The position numbers and the translations under genes were made by a program. Of a DNA stretch of 64,000 nucleotides, positions 27,303 through 36,692 are shown one piece after another (position 1 is the first letter of the stretch; each line of letters opens with the position of its first letter). This stretch comes from an uncultured bacterium (lineage in GTDB: Bacteria; Bacillota_I; Bacilli_A; RF39; UBA660). The notes under the pieces are model-generated. The model saw only the letters and a program-made list of their open reading frames with translations. It did no database searches and had not been told where the DNA came from. Location: the NCBI GenBank assembly GCA_905216155.1, contig CAJMSU010000003.1, positions 6,300 to 70,299 on the forward strand. Reading direction: 5' to 3'.

Positions 27303-28070
27303 TTATACTTTTCTAGATTCTATTTCAGCAATCTTTTCTAATACTTCTTTAGCATTATCTTCATTTATCTCTGTATATCCTAATTCTTTTAAAGCTTGTA
27401 TTTTAGCAGTATTTAACTCTTGAGTACGAGATAATTTTTCCTCATTTTTATGTTCTATATCTTCAACAAATCTTTTATGTGATTCACTTAATCTAGTCTT
27501 GGATGCATTTCCACTATTATATAGTGTCATAGCAGAAAACATTATACTTTCAAAAATAAATTGTTTATCTTTATTAAACACAAATTCCATAGGATCAACA
27601 AATCCAAGAGATTTAGAAGTATATCCTAGAATATATTTTAACTCCTCAGCAGTATCCATTGATTGTAAAAAATGATACAAATAAAGATATGTATTATAAG
27701 TATTTTTAGTCTTATCACTAGCAAGTTTTTCTTTTAATAAATTTATAATATCAGAAAGTAATTCTTGTTCTTTTCTATTAAATCCCTTTAAATCTGCAAT
27801 CACTTCTTTATTAGAAGAGTCTTTAACACCCTCTTTTAAACGATGTTCTACATCTATAATATATTCACCAGTTATTTTTATATTATTTAACTCTTCTTTA
27901 TTTTCTATATTTAATAAACTAAATAATTTGGCAGATTTTTCTTTAGGCCATTCATCTAAATTTTCTATTGCTAAATAGTTATATAACATTTGTCTTGAAA
28001 CACCTAAATATTTAGCCAATCTTACTTTACTAATTCCTAATTCTGTTAAGATTATATTTAACTCTTTCAT
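27303..28070 (-). CDS. HTH-domain protein (XRE-like N-terminus, uncharacterised C-terminal domain)
   Basis: LGISKVRLAKYLGVSRQMLYNYL helix-turn-helix. TTGATT-17-TATAAT promoter upstream. Confidence 0.6.
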   Translation of the reverse strand: MKELNIILTELGISKVRLAKYLGVSRQMLYNYLAIENLDEWPKEKSAKLFSLLNIENKEELNNIKITGEYIIDVEHRLKEGVKDSSNKEVIADLKGFNRKEQELLSDIINLLKEKLASDKTKNTYNTYLYLYHFLQSMDTAEELKYILGYTSKSLGFVDPMEFVFNKDKQFIFESIMFSAMTLYNSGNASKTRLSESHKRFVEDIEHKNEEKLSRTQELNTAKIQALKELGYTEINEDNAKEVLEKIAEIESRKV

Positions 28071-28170
28071 TTTTGTTAACCCTCCTACTATCTAATATAA
28101 TTATAGACAAATTATTGTAAATAATCAAGTGTAAATTGACACAAATATTAAATAAATAGTAAGGCCCTAA

Positions 28171-28770
28171 TTAAATAATATATTTTAAAATAATAGGTAT
28201 TAAAAACACTTCTACTACAGATGATACTATTATACTACTTATCGAAAACAAAAGTATTTTTATATACCTTTTTACAATTATTTTTCTACTATATTCCCTT
28301 TTTCTAAATAAATAATTAAATAGCATAATAGAAAAACTAATAGCATAATAACATAATATATAACTAATTAATAAATTAATTACTATAGGAATTATATAAA
28401 CTATCGCTATTAAAATACCCTTTACCTTATATACTGAAATAATACTACTAATTGAAAAACCTAAAATAAAGCTTTTTGCTATTAAAAGCATTATAATTAC
28501 AGGTAATCCAATAATAGAAATTCCCAGTAACCATATTAATAAAGTTATTATTACATTAGATGTAAGTGTTGATATTATTGAAGCTTGATAATTTAATTTA
28601 TTATTTTTTATAGCCAAAAAGAAATTATCTAAAGAGCTCTTTATTAGTGTCTTATTACTTTTAGTTATTAATGCTGGATAAAGTATTCCCATTATTAAAA
28701 ATATTATTGTAATTATTGTTATTATAAATAGTAATTTGTTATCTTTTATTTTTTTTATTATATCTTTCAT
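28171..28770 (-). CDS. spoIIM: Stage II sporulation protein M-like membrane protein
   Basis: 199 aa with about five TM helices and SpoIIM-like topology. Position near xerD/deoB as in Bacillus. Confidence 0.55.
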   Translation of the reverse strand: MKDIIKKIKDNKLLFIITIITIIFLIMGILYPALITKSNKTLIKSSLDNFFLAIKNNKLNYQASIISTLTSNVIITLLIWLLGISIIGLPVIIMLLIAKSFILGFSISSIISVYKVKGILIAIVYIIPIVINLLISYILCYYAISFSIMLFNYLFRKREYSRKIIVKRYIKILLFSISSIIVSSVVEVFLIPIILKYII

Positions 28771-28873
28771 AAATGCTCCTTTATATATTTATATTAGATA
28801 TAATAATCATTAATTCTAAAAAGTAATTTACTTTTTTCTACAATTAATTTATAATTATTTTAGAGGTGTTTTT

Positions 28874-28960
28874 ATGAATCAAAAATTAGTTAAAATTATT
28901 TCTATTATCTTAGTTATCGTTATGTTAATAGGCTTTTTTAGTGTTCTTTTATACTTATAA
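28874..28960 (+). CDS. Possible 28-aa single-TM micro-protein
   Basis: AGAGGTG lies 6 nt before the ATG. Product is MNQKLVKIISIILVIVMLIGFFSVLLYL. An AATAATCA/TGATTATT terminator hairpin follows. Confidence 0.3.
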   Translation: MNQKLVKIISIILVIVMLIGFFSVLLYL

Positions 28961-29014
28961 TAAAAAACTTAAAAATACATTTATTCTACAAAAAAATAAT
29001 CATCAAATTGGTGA

Positions 29015-29317
29015 TTATTTTTCTATATATCCTTCTATTTCTGGTAATATTTCACTTATAATACCATCTGGAATATTATATTTATTAACTATATCATTTA
29101 TTCTTTTAGTATCATGTGCCAAATATAAAAATAGAAGTCCTGCGATCCTATTAGCAGTATAACAATCTATTATTTTTCTATCTTTTTCACTAATTTTATA
29201 TTTCCTAGTCAAATCCTTAATTGGCCCATATCCATATAAATAATTAGCTAGGGATTTTGATATTAATTCTATGTCTTTATTTTTATCTTTTAGGCGTACT
29301 TTTGTCCAAACTTTCAA
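29015..29317 (-). CDS. Hypothetical 100-aa protein
   Basis: Clean ORF with RBS-like AAGGAAGTGG upstream. No motif recognised. Confidence 0.45.
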   Translation of the reverse strand: MKVWTKVRLKDKNKDIELISKSLANYLYGYGPIKDLTRKYKISEKDRKIIDCYTANRIAGLLFLYLAHDTKRINDIVNKYNIPDGIISEILPEIEGYIEK

Positions 29318-29373
29318 AATACCACTTCCTTATTTAGTTATATATACTAACATAATTTAAAGAAAAAATAAAG

Positions 29374-30099
29374 TTATTCTAAAACATCCTTTGCCTTTTT
29401 ATTTATTTTTTCATAAACTGTTATTTTGTTATTGTTATAAGTAGCCAATAATATATTATCATATGTATCATAGCCCTTTAATTTTAATTCATGAATAAAC
29501 CAGTCCAATGATTTATCCGTATTTTTAATATTTTCTATCATCAAATTTTTATCCATTATTATATTACTTGTTAAAGTCTTTTTTTTCGCACTCTTATAAT
29601 TTGGTAAATCTTTTTTAGTAACATTTGTATTTTCATCTTTTGGTAAGAAGCTAATTTTTCCAGATGATTCCATTATTGCATATGATATTTCTGATATATC
29701 AAAATAACCTGATATACGTGATTCTTCTAATAAATCATTAACGTCTATATTTACCTTTTTCATAGCATTCTCAAGTATCTTACCATCATCTATAATAATA
29801 GTTGGAACACCTGTTATTAATCGTCTTATAGTAATATTTTTCATAGTTATTATAGAAACAAAATATGCAAATAAACCAAATGTTAACATAGCTACTATTC
29901 CATTTATATATTGTCCTTCTATATCCATTACCATCTCAGCTGTAAAGTTACCAATAGATATACCTATAACATAATCAAATAAACTAAGTTCTGATACCTG
30001 TTTTTTACCTAGTAATTTAGTAATTAAAAACAGTGCTATTAAACTTATTAAACTTCTAGGTATTATTCTTAAAGCTTCAATTATATCCATATTTATCAC
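29374..30099 (-). CDS. DUF421 (YetF/YdfS-like) membrane protein
   Basis: LGKKQVSELSLFDYVIGISIGN signature plus the C-terminal soluble domain. Confidence 0.75.
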   Translation of the reverse strand: MINMDIIEALRIIPRSLISLIALFLITKLLGKKQVSELSLFDYVIGISIGNFTAEMVMDIEGQYINGIVAMLTFGLFAYFVSIITMKNITIRRLITGVPTIIIDDGKILENAMKKVNIDVNDLLEESRISGYFDISEISYAIMESSGKISFLPKDENTNVTKKDLPNYKSAKKKTLTSNIIMDKNLMIENIKNTDKSLDWFIHELKLKGYDTYDNILLATYNNNKITVYEKINKKAKDVLE

Positions 30100-30134
30100 C
30101 AGTTATATTATTAGCAAAATACTTTAAAATATAC

Positions 30135-30156
30135 TAAAAAAGAGCCTTAGCTCTTT
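30135..30156 (-). terminator. spoIVB terminator
   Basis: AAAGAGC-TAAG-GCTCTTT overlaps the stop codon and is followed by T5 on the minus strand. Confidence 0.6.
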
Positions 30157-31147
30157 AGTTTTCTCCTTCCTCTAACATTGTTGTTATAAATATTCCATAT
30201 CCTTTTGTAGTATCATTAACTATTACATAATTTACTGCTCCTATTATTTTATTATTCTGAATTATTGGAGAACCACTCATTCCCTGTACTATTCCACCTG
30301 TTTTTTCTAATAATTTTTTATCAGTAACTTCAAATAAAATATTCTTAGTTTTACTATTAGTATCTATTCCAATTATATTTATATCAAACTCTTCTACTAC
30401 ATCATTTTCTATTACTGTTTTAATTGTTGCTTTTCCAGTTTTTATATCATTACTATCTCCAACTTCTATAGTATCCATATTTTCAATATTTTCACTATAA
30501 GTTCCATATATACCAGTTATATCATTATCTGATATATTTCCATCTACATCCATTTTATCATAGTTAGCATTTTTCTCTCCTGCTTTTCCATTTCTACTTT
30601 TTGTTATATTAGATACATTGGCATCAAATATTTTACCATCTTTTATTTCAAACTTCTTAGCTGTTGTACTCTCTAGTATTTCATGACCTAGTGCTCCAAA
30701 TGTTTTTGTTTTAGGATCTATATATGTAAGAGTTCCAACGCCATTTATCTGATCTTTTACATAAAGTCCTGTTTTTAAGATATCATCTTTATCTTTTATT
30801 AAGGTTAATTCTAGTTGTTTTTCCTTATTATCTCTTATTATAGTAAAGTCTACTTTTTCATTATTTTCATTATTTATAGTTTCTATCATTGATTCAATAT
30901 CATCTATATTGGTGTTATTTATTTTTCTTATAATATCACCAGTTTGAAATCCAGCTTCTTTGGCTATATATTTATCATCAATTTTATAAAAACCTACTAC
31001 TAAAACTCCTTTCGAATTAACTTCTATTCCTATTGTTTTACCTGATGCGATTATATTATTTGAATATGCAAATACATTTATGGGTATGATAGTAAGGAGA
31101 AGTATTAAAATTTTTAAAAACAAATTTTTACATTTCAAAAAAATCAC
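30155..31147 (-). CDS. spoIVB: SpoIVB-type signalling serine peptidase (S55) with PDZ domain
   Basis: Signal anchor, PDZ region GFQTGDIIRKINN, catalytic context GIVQGMSGSPII. Confidence 0.8.
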   Translation of the reverse strand: MIFLKCKNLFLKILILLLTIIPINVFAYSNNIIASGKTIGIEVNSKGVLVVGFYKIDDKYIAKEAGFQTGDIIRKINNTNIDDIESMIETINNENNEKVDFTIIRDNKEKQLELTLIKDKDDILKTGLYVKDQINGVGTLTYIDPKTKTFGALGHEILESTTAKKFEIKDGKIFDANVSNITKSRNGKAGEKNANYDKMDVDGNISDNDITGIYGTYSENIENMDTIEVGDSNDIKTGKATIKTVIENDVVEEFDINIIGIDTNSKTKNILFEVTDKKLLEKTGGIVQGMSGSPIIQNNKIIGAVNYVIVNDTTKGYGIFITTMLEEGEN

Positions 31148-31251
31148 TCCTTAAAACTTTACTACATTAATAGTCTTATCTTATTTTTTTAAAATATATT
31201 ATTTAAAATTTTCCATTTAATAAATATCTTTGATTTTAAAAGAAAAAATTT

Positions 31252-31288
31252 AAAATAAAAAATGACTTATCTATTTCAATAAGTCATT
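31252..31288 (-). terminator. xseB terminator
   Basis: 10-bp stem AATGACTTAT/ATAAGTCATT followed by a T run on the minus strand. Confidence 0.65.
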
Positions 31289-31292
31289 TAAT

Positions 31293-31520
31293 CTACTCTT
31301 CTACTTTAAAATCAGAAAGTGAACCATCAGTATTTACTATTTTAGTAATAGCTTCCTCTGCATTTTTTAATTTTTCATCACATGTTTTAGCAAGTTTCAT
31401 TGCTTCTTCAAAATCTTTAATAGCATCATCTAATGGTGTTTCTCCAGTTTCTAATTTTTTTACAATAGTTTCTAGTTTTTCTAAGTTTTCTTCAAAACTT
31501 AATTCTTGTTTTTCTGCCAC
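31293..31520 (-). CDS. xseB: Exodeoxyribonuclease VII small subunit
   Basis: 75 aa. FEENLEKLETIVKKLETGETPLDDAI signature. Directly follows xseA. Confidence 0.85.
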   Translation of the reverse strand: MAEKQELSFEENLEKLETIVKKLETGETPLDDAIKDFEEAMKLAKTCDEKLKNAEEAITKIVNTDGSLSDFKVEE

Positions 31521-31530
31521 TTTTTTCCTC

Positions 31531-32787
31531 CTATTTAATTACTTCAGTTAAAATATCTCCATCACTAAAGCTTATTTCTAATTTATCACCTTTTTTTAGC
31601 ATACTTTTCTTAGTTATTACTTTGTTATCTTTTTTAGTAATAGTATATCCTCTTTGTATTGTCTTTAAAGGACTTAATGTTTCTAATTTTGATAGTATCA
31701 AACTATATTTATTTTTTTGTTTTTCTATCAATAATTCATGATTTTTAAATATATATGAACTAGTCACATTATTTAACATATTTCTTTTATCATTTAATAA
31801 AGATGCTGTTACGTGTTTAAAATTATCTAAAACATTAGAATACATTAACTCCTTTGCTTGATAAATCGTAATTGGATTTTTAAATATTTGTCGTTTTTTT
31901 ATTTCATTTAATTTTTGCCTTTTTAAATTTAATCTATTTTGCAAAGATTTATTTAATCTTATTTTTAATTGTTCTAAATAAGTTTTTACATCTGCACTTT
32001 GTGGTACTGAAAGCTCTGCTGCTCCTGTTGGAGTAGGTGCTCTTAGATCTGCAACAAAATCAGCTATTGTAAAGTCAATTTCATGCCCAACAGCACTAAT
32101 TACAGGTATATTACAATCAAATATAGCTCTTGCAACTATTTCCTCGTTAAAAGGCCATAAATCCTCAATTGAACCTCCACCACGACCAACAATCAATGTA
32201 TCAAGATCATAATCCTTAGCTCTTTCAATTTGCCTTACTATATCATCTTTAGCATTTTCTCCTTGTACAAGTGACGGAAATAAAATTATCTCTACTAAAG
32301 GCCATCTTCTTTTAATAGTTGATATTATATCCTTAATAGCAGCACCAGTAGGTGCAGTTATAACCCCTACTCTATTTGGTATTTTAGGAATTTTTCTTTT
32401 TAATTCTTTTCTAAATAGACCTTCTTCTTCTAATTTTTTCTTTAATTGTTCATAAGCAACATATAAATTACCTACGCCATCTTCTAACATATCATTTACA
32501 TATATTTGATATGCTCCATTGGCCTCAAACACACTTATTTTTCCAGTTACAAGTACCTTCATTCCATCAGTTGGAACAAATTTAATTTTTTTAGTTTGAG
32601 AAGAAAACATAATTGCATTAATTCTACTACCTTCATCTTTTATAGTAAAATAAAAATGTCCCCTTGAATGCGCTTTAAAATTAGAAATTTCTCCTTTTAA
32701 AAACACCTCATTTAAATTAGTATCATTATCTATTTTATATTTAATATATCTAGTTAACTGCGTTACTGTAATATATTTACTGTTCAT
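31531..32787 (-). CDS. xseA: Exodeoxyribonuclease VII large subunit
   Basis: N-terminal OB fold (VFLKGEISNFK.HSRGHFYFTIKD), catalytic core RGGGSIEDLW. Confidence 0.9.
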   Translation of the reverse strand: MNSKYITVTQLTRYIKYKIDNDTNLNEVFLKGEISNFKAHSRGHFYFTIKDEGSRINAIMFSSQTKKIKFVPTDGMKVLVTGKISVFEANGAYQIYVNDMLEDGVGNLYVAYEQLKKKLEEEGLFRKELKRKIPKIPNRVGVITAPTGAAIKDIISTIKRRWPLVEIILFPSLVQGENAKDDIVRQIERAKDYDLDTLIVGRGGGSIEDLWPFNEEIVARAIFDCNIPVISAVGHEIDFTIADFVADLRAPTPTGAAELSVPQSADVKTYLEQLKIRLNKSLQNRLNLKRQKLNEIKKRQIFKNPITIYQAKELMYSNVLDNFKHVTASLLNDKRNMLNNVTSSYIFKNHELLIEKQKNKYSLILSKLETLSPLKTIQRGYTITKKDNKVITKKSMLKKGDKLEISFSDGDILTEVIK

Positions 32788-33187
32788 TTAAATCCTCACT
32801 ATGATAAATATTATCTAATACTCCATTAATTAATTTAACAACTTTTTCCTCAGAATATTTCTTTGATAATTCAATTGCCTCATTAATGGCAACAACACTT
32901 GGTGTATTAGTATAAAATAGTTCATATATAGCAAGTGATAAAATAGCTTTATCTACTTTATTTAATCTATCAATTGTCCAATCTTTCATATATTTATTTG
33001 CAATAGAATTTATATCTTCCTGTTTTTCTATTATGCCTTTAACACTATCATTAACAAATTCATTTTCTACTTCTAATTGTTCTTTAATTAAATTATCTAT
33101 ATCAAAATCTAGCTTTGTTTTATTAAGTATATATGTTTGATATATAACTTTCATAATAATTTCTCTAAGTTCACTTCTGTTCTTCAT
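32777..33187 (-). CDS. nusB: Transcription antitermination factor NusB
   Basis: MKNRSELREIIMKVIYQ start preceded by GGGTGAT. The track ORF extends 20 codons further upstream without an SD. Confidence 0.85.
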   Translation of the reverse strand: MKNRSELREIIMKVIYQTYILNKTKLDFDIDNLIKEQLEVENEFVNDSVKGIIEKQEDINSIANKYMKDWTIDRLNKVDKAILSLAIYELFYTNTPSVVAINEAIELSKKYSEEKVVKLINGVLDNIYHSEDLNEQ

Positions 33188-33227
33188 AAATATCACCCAC
33201 TTAATTCTATCATAGTATTTTAAATTT

Positions 33228-33599
33228 TTAAATAATAGTTGGTGCAAAAAATGGAAAAATATTTCTAATTATTCCAAATATCACTAAAACTATTATTAGT
33301 ATATACCAAATACTATTTGGTATTTTTTCATATAAAGCATCTCTTTGTTTTTTTCTACTTATAATATAATCAAAAATAAAAAACATTAAAAATGGAGTAA
33401 GTATAAATATTAACATATTATATCTAAAAGCCTGATATAAATTACCTTTTAATAGTGAAATAATCATTCTAGTAACTCCACAACCAGGACAATATAAGTT
33501 AGTTATTTTGTGAAATAAACATGGAATATAAATATTAAATTTAAATACTAAAATAAAATATATTATAAAAATCAAAACTAATAATATTATTTTCTTCAT
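33228..33599 (-). CDS. DUF2752 membrane protein (prepilin-peptidase N-terminal-like Cys motif)
   Basis: CLFHKITNLYCPGCGVTRM motif and four TM helices. Confidence 0.65.
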   Translation of the reverse strand: MKKIILLVLIFIIYFILVFKFNIYIPCLFHKITNLYCPGCGVTRMIISLLKGNLYQAFRYNMLIFILTPFLMFFIFDYIISRKKQRDALYEKIPNSIWYILIIVLVIFGIIRNIFPFFAPTII

Positions 33600-33613
33600 A
33601 AAGAAAAAAAGCC

Positions 33614-33979
33614 TTAAGCTTTAAATTGTGCATTTTTTATTTTAGTAATTTGATTAATATCATTTTGCATTAAGGCATAATTTATAATTGCTAAACCAAA
33701 TACTTGTAATACTAAATATAACACTGAATTATCTGTGTTTGGCAAATTATTTTTTTGTTGTGCTCTATCAATAATTTTACCCATTTGATATGCCCAATAA
33801 ATTCCATAAATCCCACATGTTATAAGTGTTAGGAAAAATGCCATTCCACCTGATGCAAATGTTGCATCTTCACTATATGATTTTGCCTCATTTGTTATCA
33901 TAATAAACCAATAAATACCATAGATTCCACATGTTATTATAGATAATATAATAGCAACTGCAATATTTCTTTCTTTCAT
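33614..33979 (-). CDS. DUF4234 membrane protein
   Basis: Two internal repeats of ITCGIYGIYW. Confidence 0.6.
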   Translation of the reverse strand: MKERNIAVAIILSIITCGIYGIYWFIMITNEAKSYSEDATFASGGMAFFLTLITCGIYGIYWAYQMGKIIDRAQQKNNLPNTDNSVLYLVLQVFGLAIINYALMQNDINQITKIKNAQFKA

Positions 33980-34037
33980 TACACAACACTCCTTACAACT
34001 ATATTATATATTAATATATATGCTTTGTCACTATATT

Positions 34038-36590
34038 TTATTTTTTTAGACTCTTTTTCAACTCATATAAATAACTTAACGCATCCATTGGTGTCATTTC
34101 CAAAGGATTAATTGATTTGATTTTTTCTTCAATTTCATTAGTTTGTTCCATTTTATCTACTTCTTTTTCTTCTAATTCAAATAAGGATGTTTGAGTAAAC
34201 GTTTCTTTTTTTACATTTTTCTTTTCATAAACATTTAGTATTTCATCTGCCCTTTTAATTAATGATTTAGGCAAATGAGCAAGAGATGCTACATGTATAC
34301 CATAACTTTTATCTACTGCACCAGCTTTTACTTTATGTAAAAAAGTAATTTGTCCTTCTTTTTCTATTGCAGATACATGTACATTTTTTAAATGTTTTAA
34401 GTCCTTTTCTAAAACAGTTAGTTCATGGTAATGAGTAGAAAACATTGTTTTAGCTTTAATTTTATCATGAATATATTCAAGTATAGCTTGAGCCAAACTC
34501 ATTCCATCATAAGTTGCCGTTCCACGTCCTAATTCATCAAATAATATAAGACTGTCCTTTGTAGCTTCTTGTATAGCATAATTTGCCTCTTTCATTTCCA
34601 CCATAAAAGTAGATTCACCACTTACTAAATCATCACTTGCGCCTATTCTTGTAAATATTTTATCAAAAATTGGTAGAATAGCACTTTTACATGGAACAAA
34701 ACATCCTATCTGAGCCATTATTACTGTTATTGCACATTGTCTCATATAAGTAGATTTACCAGCCATATTAGGTCCAGTAATTAATAAAATATCCGTATTT
34801 TTATCCATTATAATATCATTAGCAATGTATTTATCCATCATTACCTGTTCTACTACCGGATGTCTACAATCTATTAATTTAATTACATTTTCATCTGTTA
34901 TTTGTGGCCTTACAAATTTATATTTATCACTAACTATAGAAAAGGATTGTAACATATCAACTTCACTAATTACTTTAGCTATTTTTTGAATATTTGGAAT
35001 ATATCTTTTTACAACTTGTCTAATATCCATAAATAACTTATACTCTAGATTAATTATTTTCTCTTCTGCTCCTAAAATAATATTTTCTTTTTCTTTTAAA
35101 AGTGGTGTTACATATCTTTCACAATTAGCAAGAGTCTGTTTTCTCTCATAACCATACTCTTCCTTAATTTGATCTTTTTGTCCTTTTGATACTTCTATAT
35201 AATAACCAAATACTTTATTAAATCCTACCTTTAAATTTTTAATACCTGTCCTTTTTCTTTCTTCTTGTTCTAGTCTTAAAATAAAATCTTTTGAACCACT
35301 CATAATTTTCTTTAATTCATCCAATTCATCATTATAGCCTTCTTTTATTAAATGACCTTCATGTAATGAAAAAGGAGCATCTTCCAATATTGTTTTTTCT
35401 AGTAAAGCATAAAGTTCATCTAATGTCTCTAATTTTTTATCAAAATGCAATTGCTCCAATATGTTTTTAATACTTGGAAGAGATTTAAGTGAAGATTTTA
35501 ATTGTAATAAGTCTTTAGCATTTAAATTACCATAAGTAATTCTACCAGCTAGCCTTTCAAGGTCATAAACATTATCTAATTCCTTTATTAAATCATCTCT
35601 TAAAATAAACTCGGTAGATAATCTTTCTACCATATCATATCTTCTTAATATTTCTTTTTTATCAGTTAATGGATTTTCAATATTAAACTTTAAGTATCTT
35701 GATCCCATAGCAGTCTTATTCTTATCTAACAACCACAATAAACTAAATTGACGCTCTCTATTACGTAAAGTTTCTGTTAATTCTAAATTCTTCTTAGTAT
35801 TATTATCAAACTCTAAATATTCACTATTCTTAATAACCTTACATTTTTGTAAATGATGCAAATCACCTTTTTTAGTCTCAATAATATAAGCTAATAAATG
35901 TTTAATAGTAGTAGTTATTCTTATATCATCTATATCTTTATAAATATAAGAATAATTGTCATCATTTGACTCATCTGTTGTTATTGTTACTAATATATTA
36001 TAATTTTTTCTAAGTACCTCAACTATTTCCCTATTTATAGTATCATTTACTATTATCTCTTTAAAACCAAATTTAGTAATTTCTTTTATTAGTCTATCTT
36101 TATCTCCCTCAATAAGCATACAATTTACTTCACCAGTTGATATATCTGCAAAACTAACTCCAAAGCAATAATCAAAATTATATATATTAGCTATATAGTT
36201 ATTTGACTTAGAATCAATATTTTCATCCAATCTAGTACCCTTTGTTACTACTTGAATAACATCTCTTCTAACCATTCCTTTTACTTCTTTAGGATCATCT
36301 AATTGTTCACATATAGCAACCTTATATCCCTTATCTATTAATGTATCCACATACGAAGCATATGCATGATGTGGAATTCCACACATTGGCACTCTCTCTT
36401 CTAATCCAGCTTGTTTTCCAGTTAAAGTTAATTCTAATACACGAGACGCAATAATTGCATCTTCAAAAAACATTTCATAAAAGTCACCAAGTCTAAAAAA
36501 GATAATACTATCTTCATAATTATCTTTTATTTCCATATATTGTCTCATCATTGGACTTAATAATTCTCTATTTACTTCATTACGTTTCAC
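34038..36590 (-). CDS. mutS: DNA mismatch repair protein MutS
   Basis: 850 aa. MMRQY...FFRLGDFYE mismatch-binding domain, Walker A GPNMAGKST, DELGRGT, STHYHEL. Confidence 0.95.
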   Translation of the reverse strand: MKRNEVNRELLSPMMRQYMEIKDNYEDSIIFFRLGDFYEMFFEDAIIASRVLELTLTGKQAGLEERVPMCGIPHHAYASYVDTLIDKGYKVAICEQLDDPKEVKGMVRRDVIQVVTKGTRLDENIDSKSNNYIANIYNFDYCFGVSFADISTGEVNCMLIEGDKDRLIKEITKFGFKEIIVNDTINREIVEVLRKNYNILVTITTDESNDDNYSYIYKDIDDIRITTTIKHLLAYIIETKKGDLHHLQKCKVIKNSEYLEFDNNTKKNLELTETLRNRERQFSLLWLLDKNKTAMGSRYLKFNIENPLTDKKEILRRYDMVERLSTEFILRDDLIKELDNVYDLERLAGRITYGNLNAKDLLQLKSSLKSLPSIKNILEQLHFDKKLETLDELYALLEKTILEDAPFSLHEGHLIKEGYNDELDELKKIMSGSKDFILRLEQEERKRTGIKNLKVGFNKVFGYYIEVSKGQKDQIKEEYGYERKQTLANCERYVTPLLKEKENIILGAEEKIINLEYKLFMDIRQVVKRYIPNIQKIAKVISEVDMLQSFSIVSDKYKFVRPQITDENVIKLIDCRHPVVEQVMMDKYIANDIIMDKNTDILLITGPNMAGKSTYMRQCAITVIMAQIGCFVPCKSAILPIFDKIFTRIGASDDLVSGESTFMVEMKEANYAIQEATKDSLILFDELGRGTATYDGMSLAQAILEYIHDKIKAKTMFSTHYHELTVLEKDLKHLKNVHVSAIEKEGQITFLHKVKAGAVDKSYGIHVASLAHLPKSLIKRADEILNVYEKKNVKKETFTQTSLFELEEKEVDKMEQTNEIEEKIKSINPLEMTPMDALSYLYELKKSLKK

Positions 36591-36635
36591 TTTACTTCAC
36601 CACTAGACTTATTATAACAAATTTTCTAGTTATAT

Positions 36636-36663
36636 AAAAGAAAAAAGGTAAGTATTTTACCTT
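36636..36663 (-). terminator. murC terminator
   Basis: AAGGTAA/TTACCTT stem followed by a T run on the minus strand. Confidence 0.6.
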
Positions 36664-36692
36664 AACTTCTATGCTTTAATTTATGATTAAAC

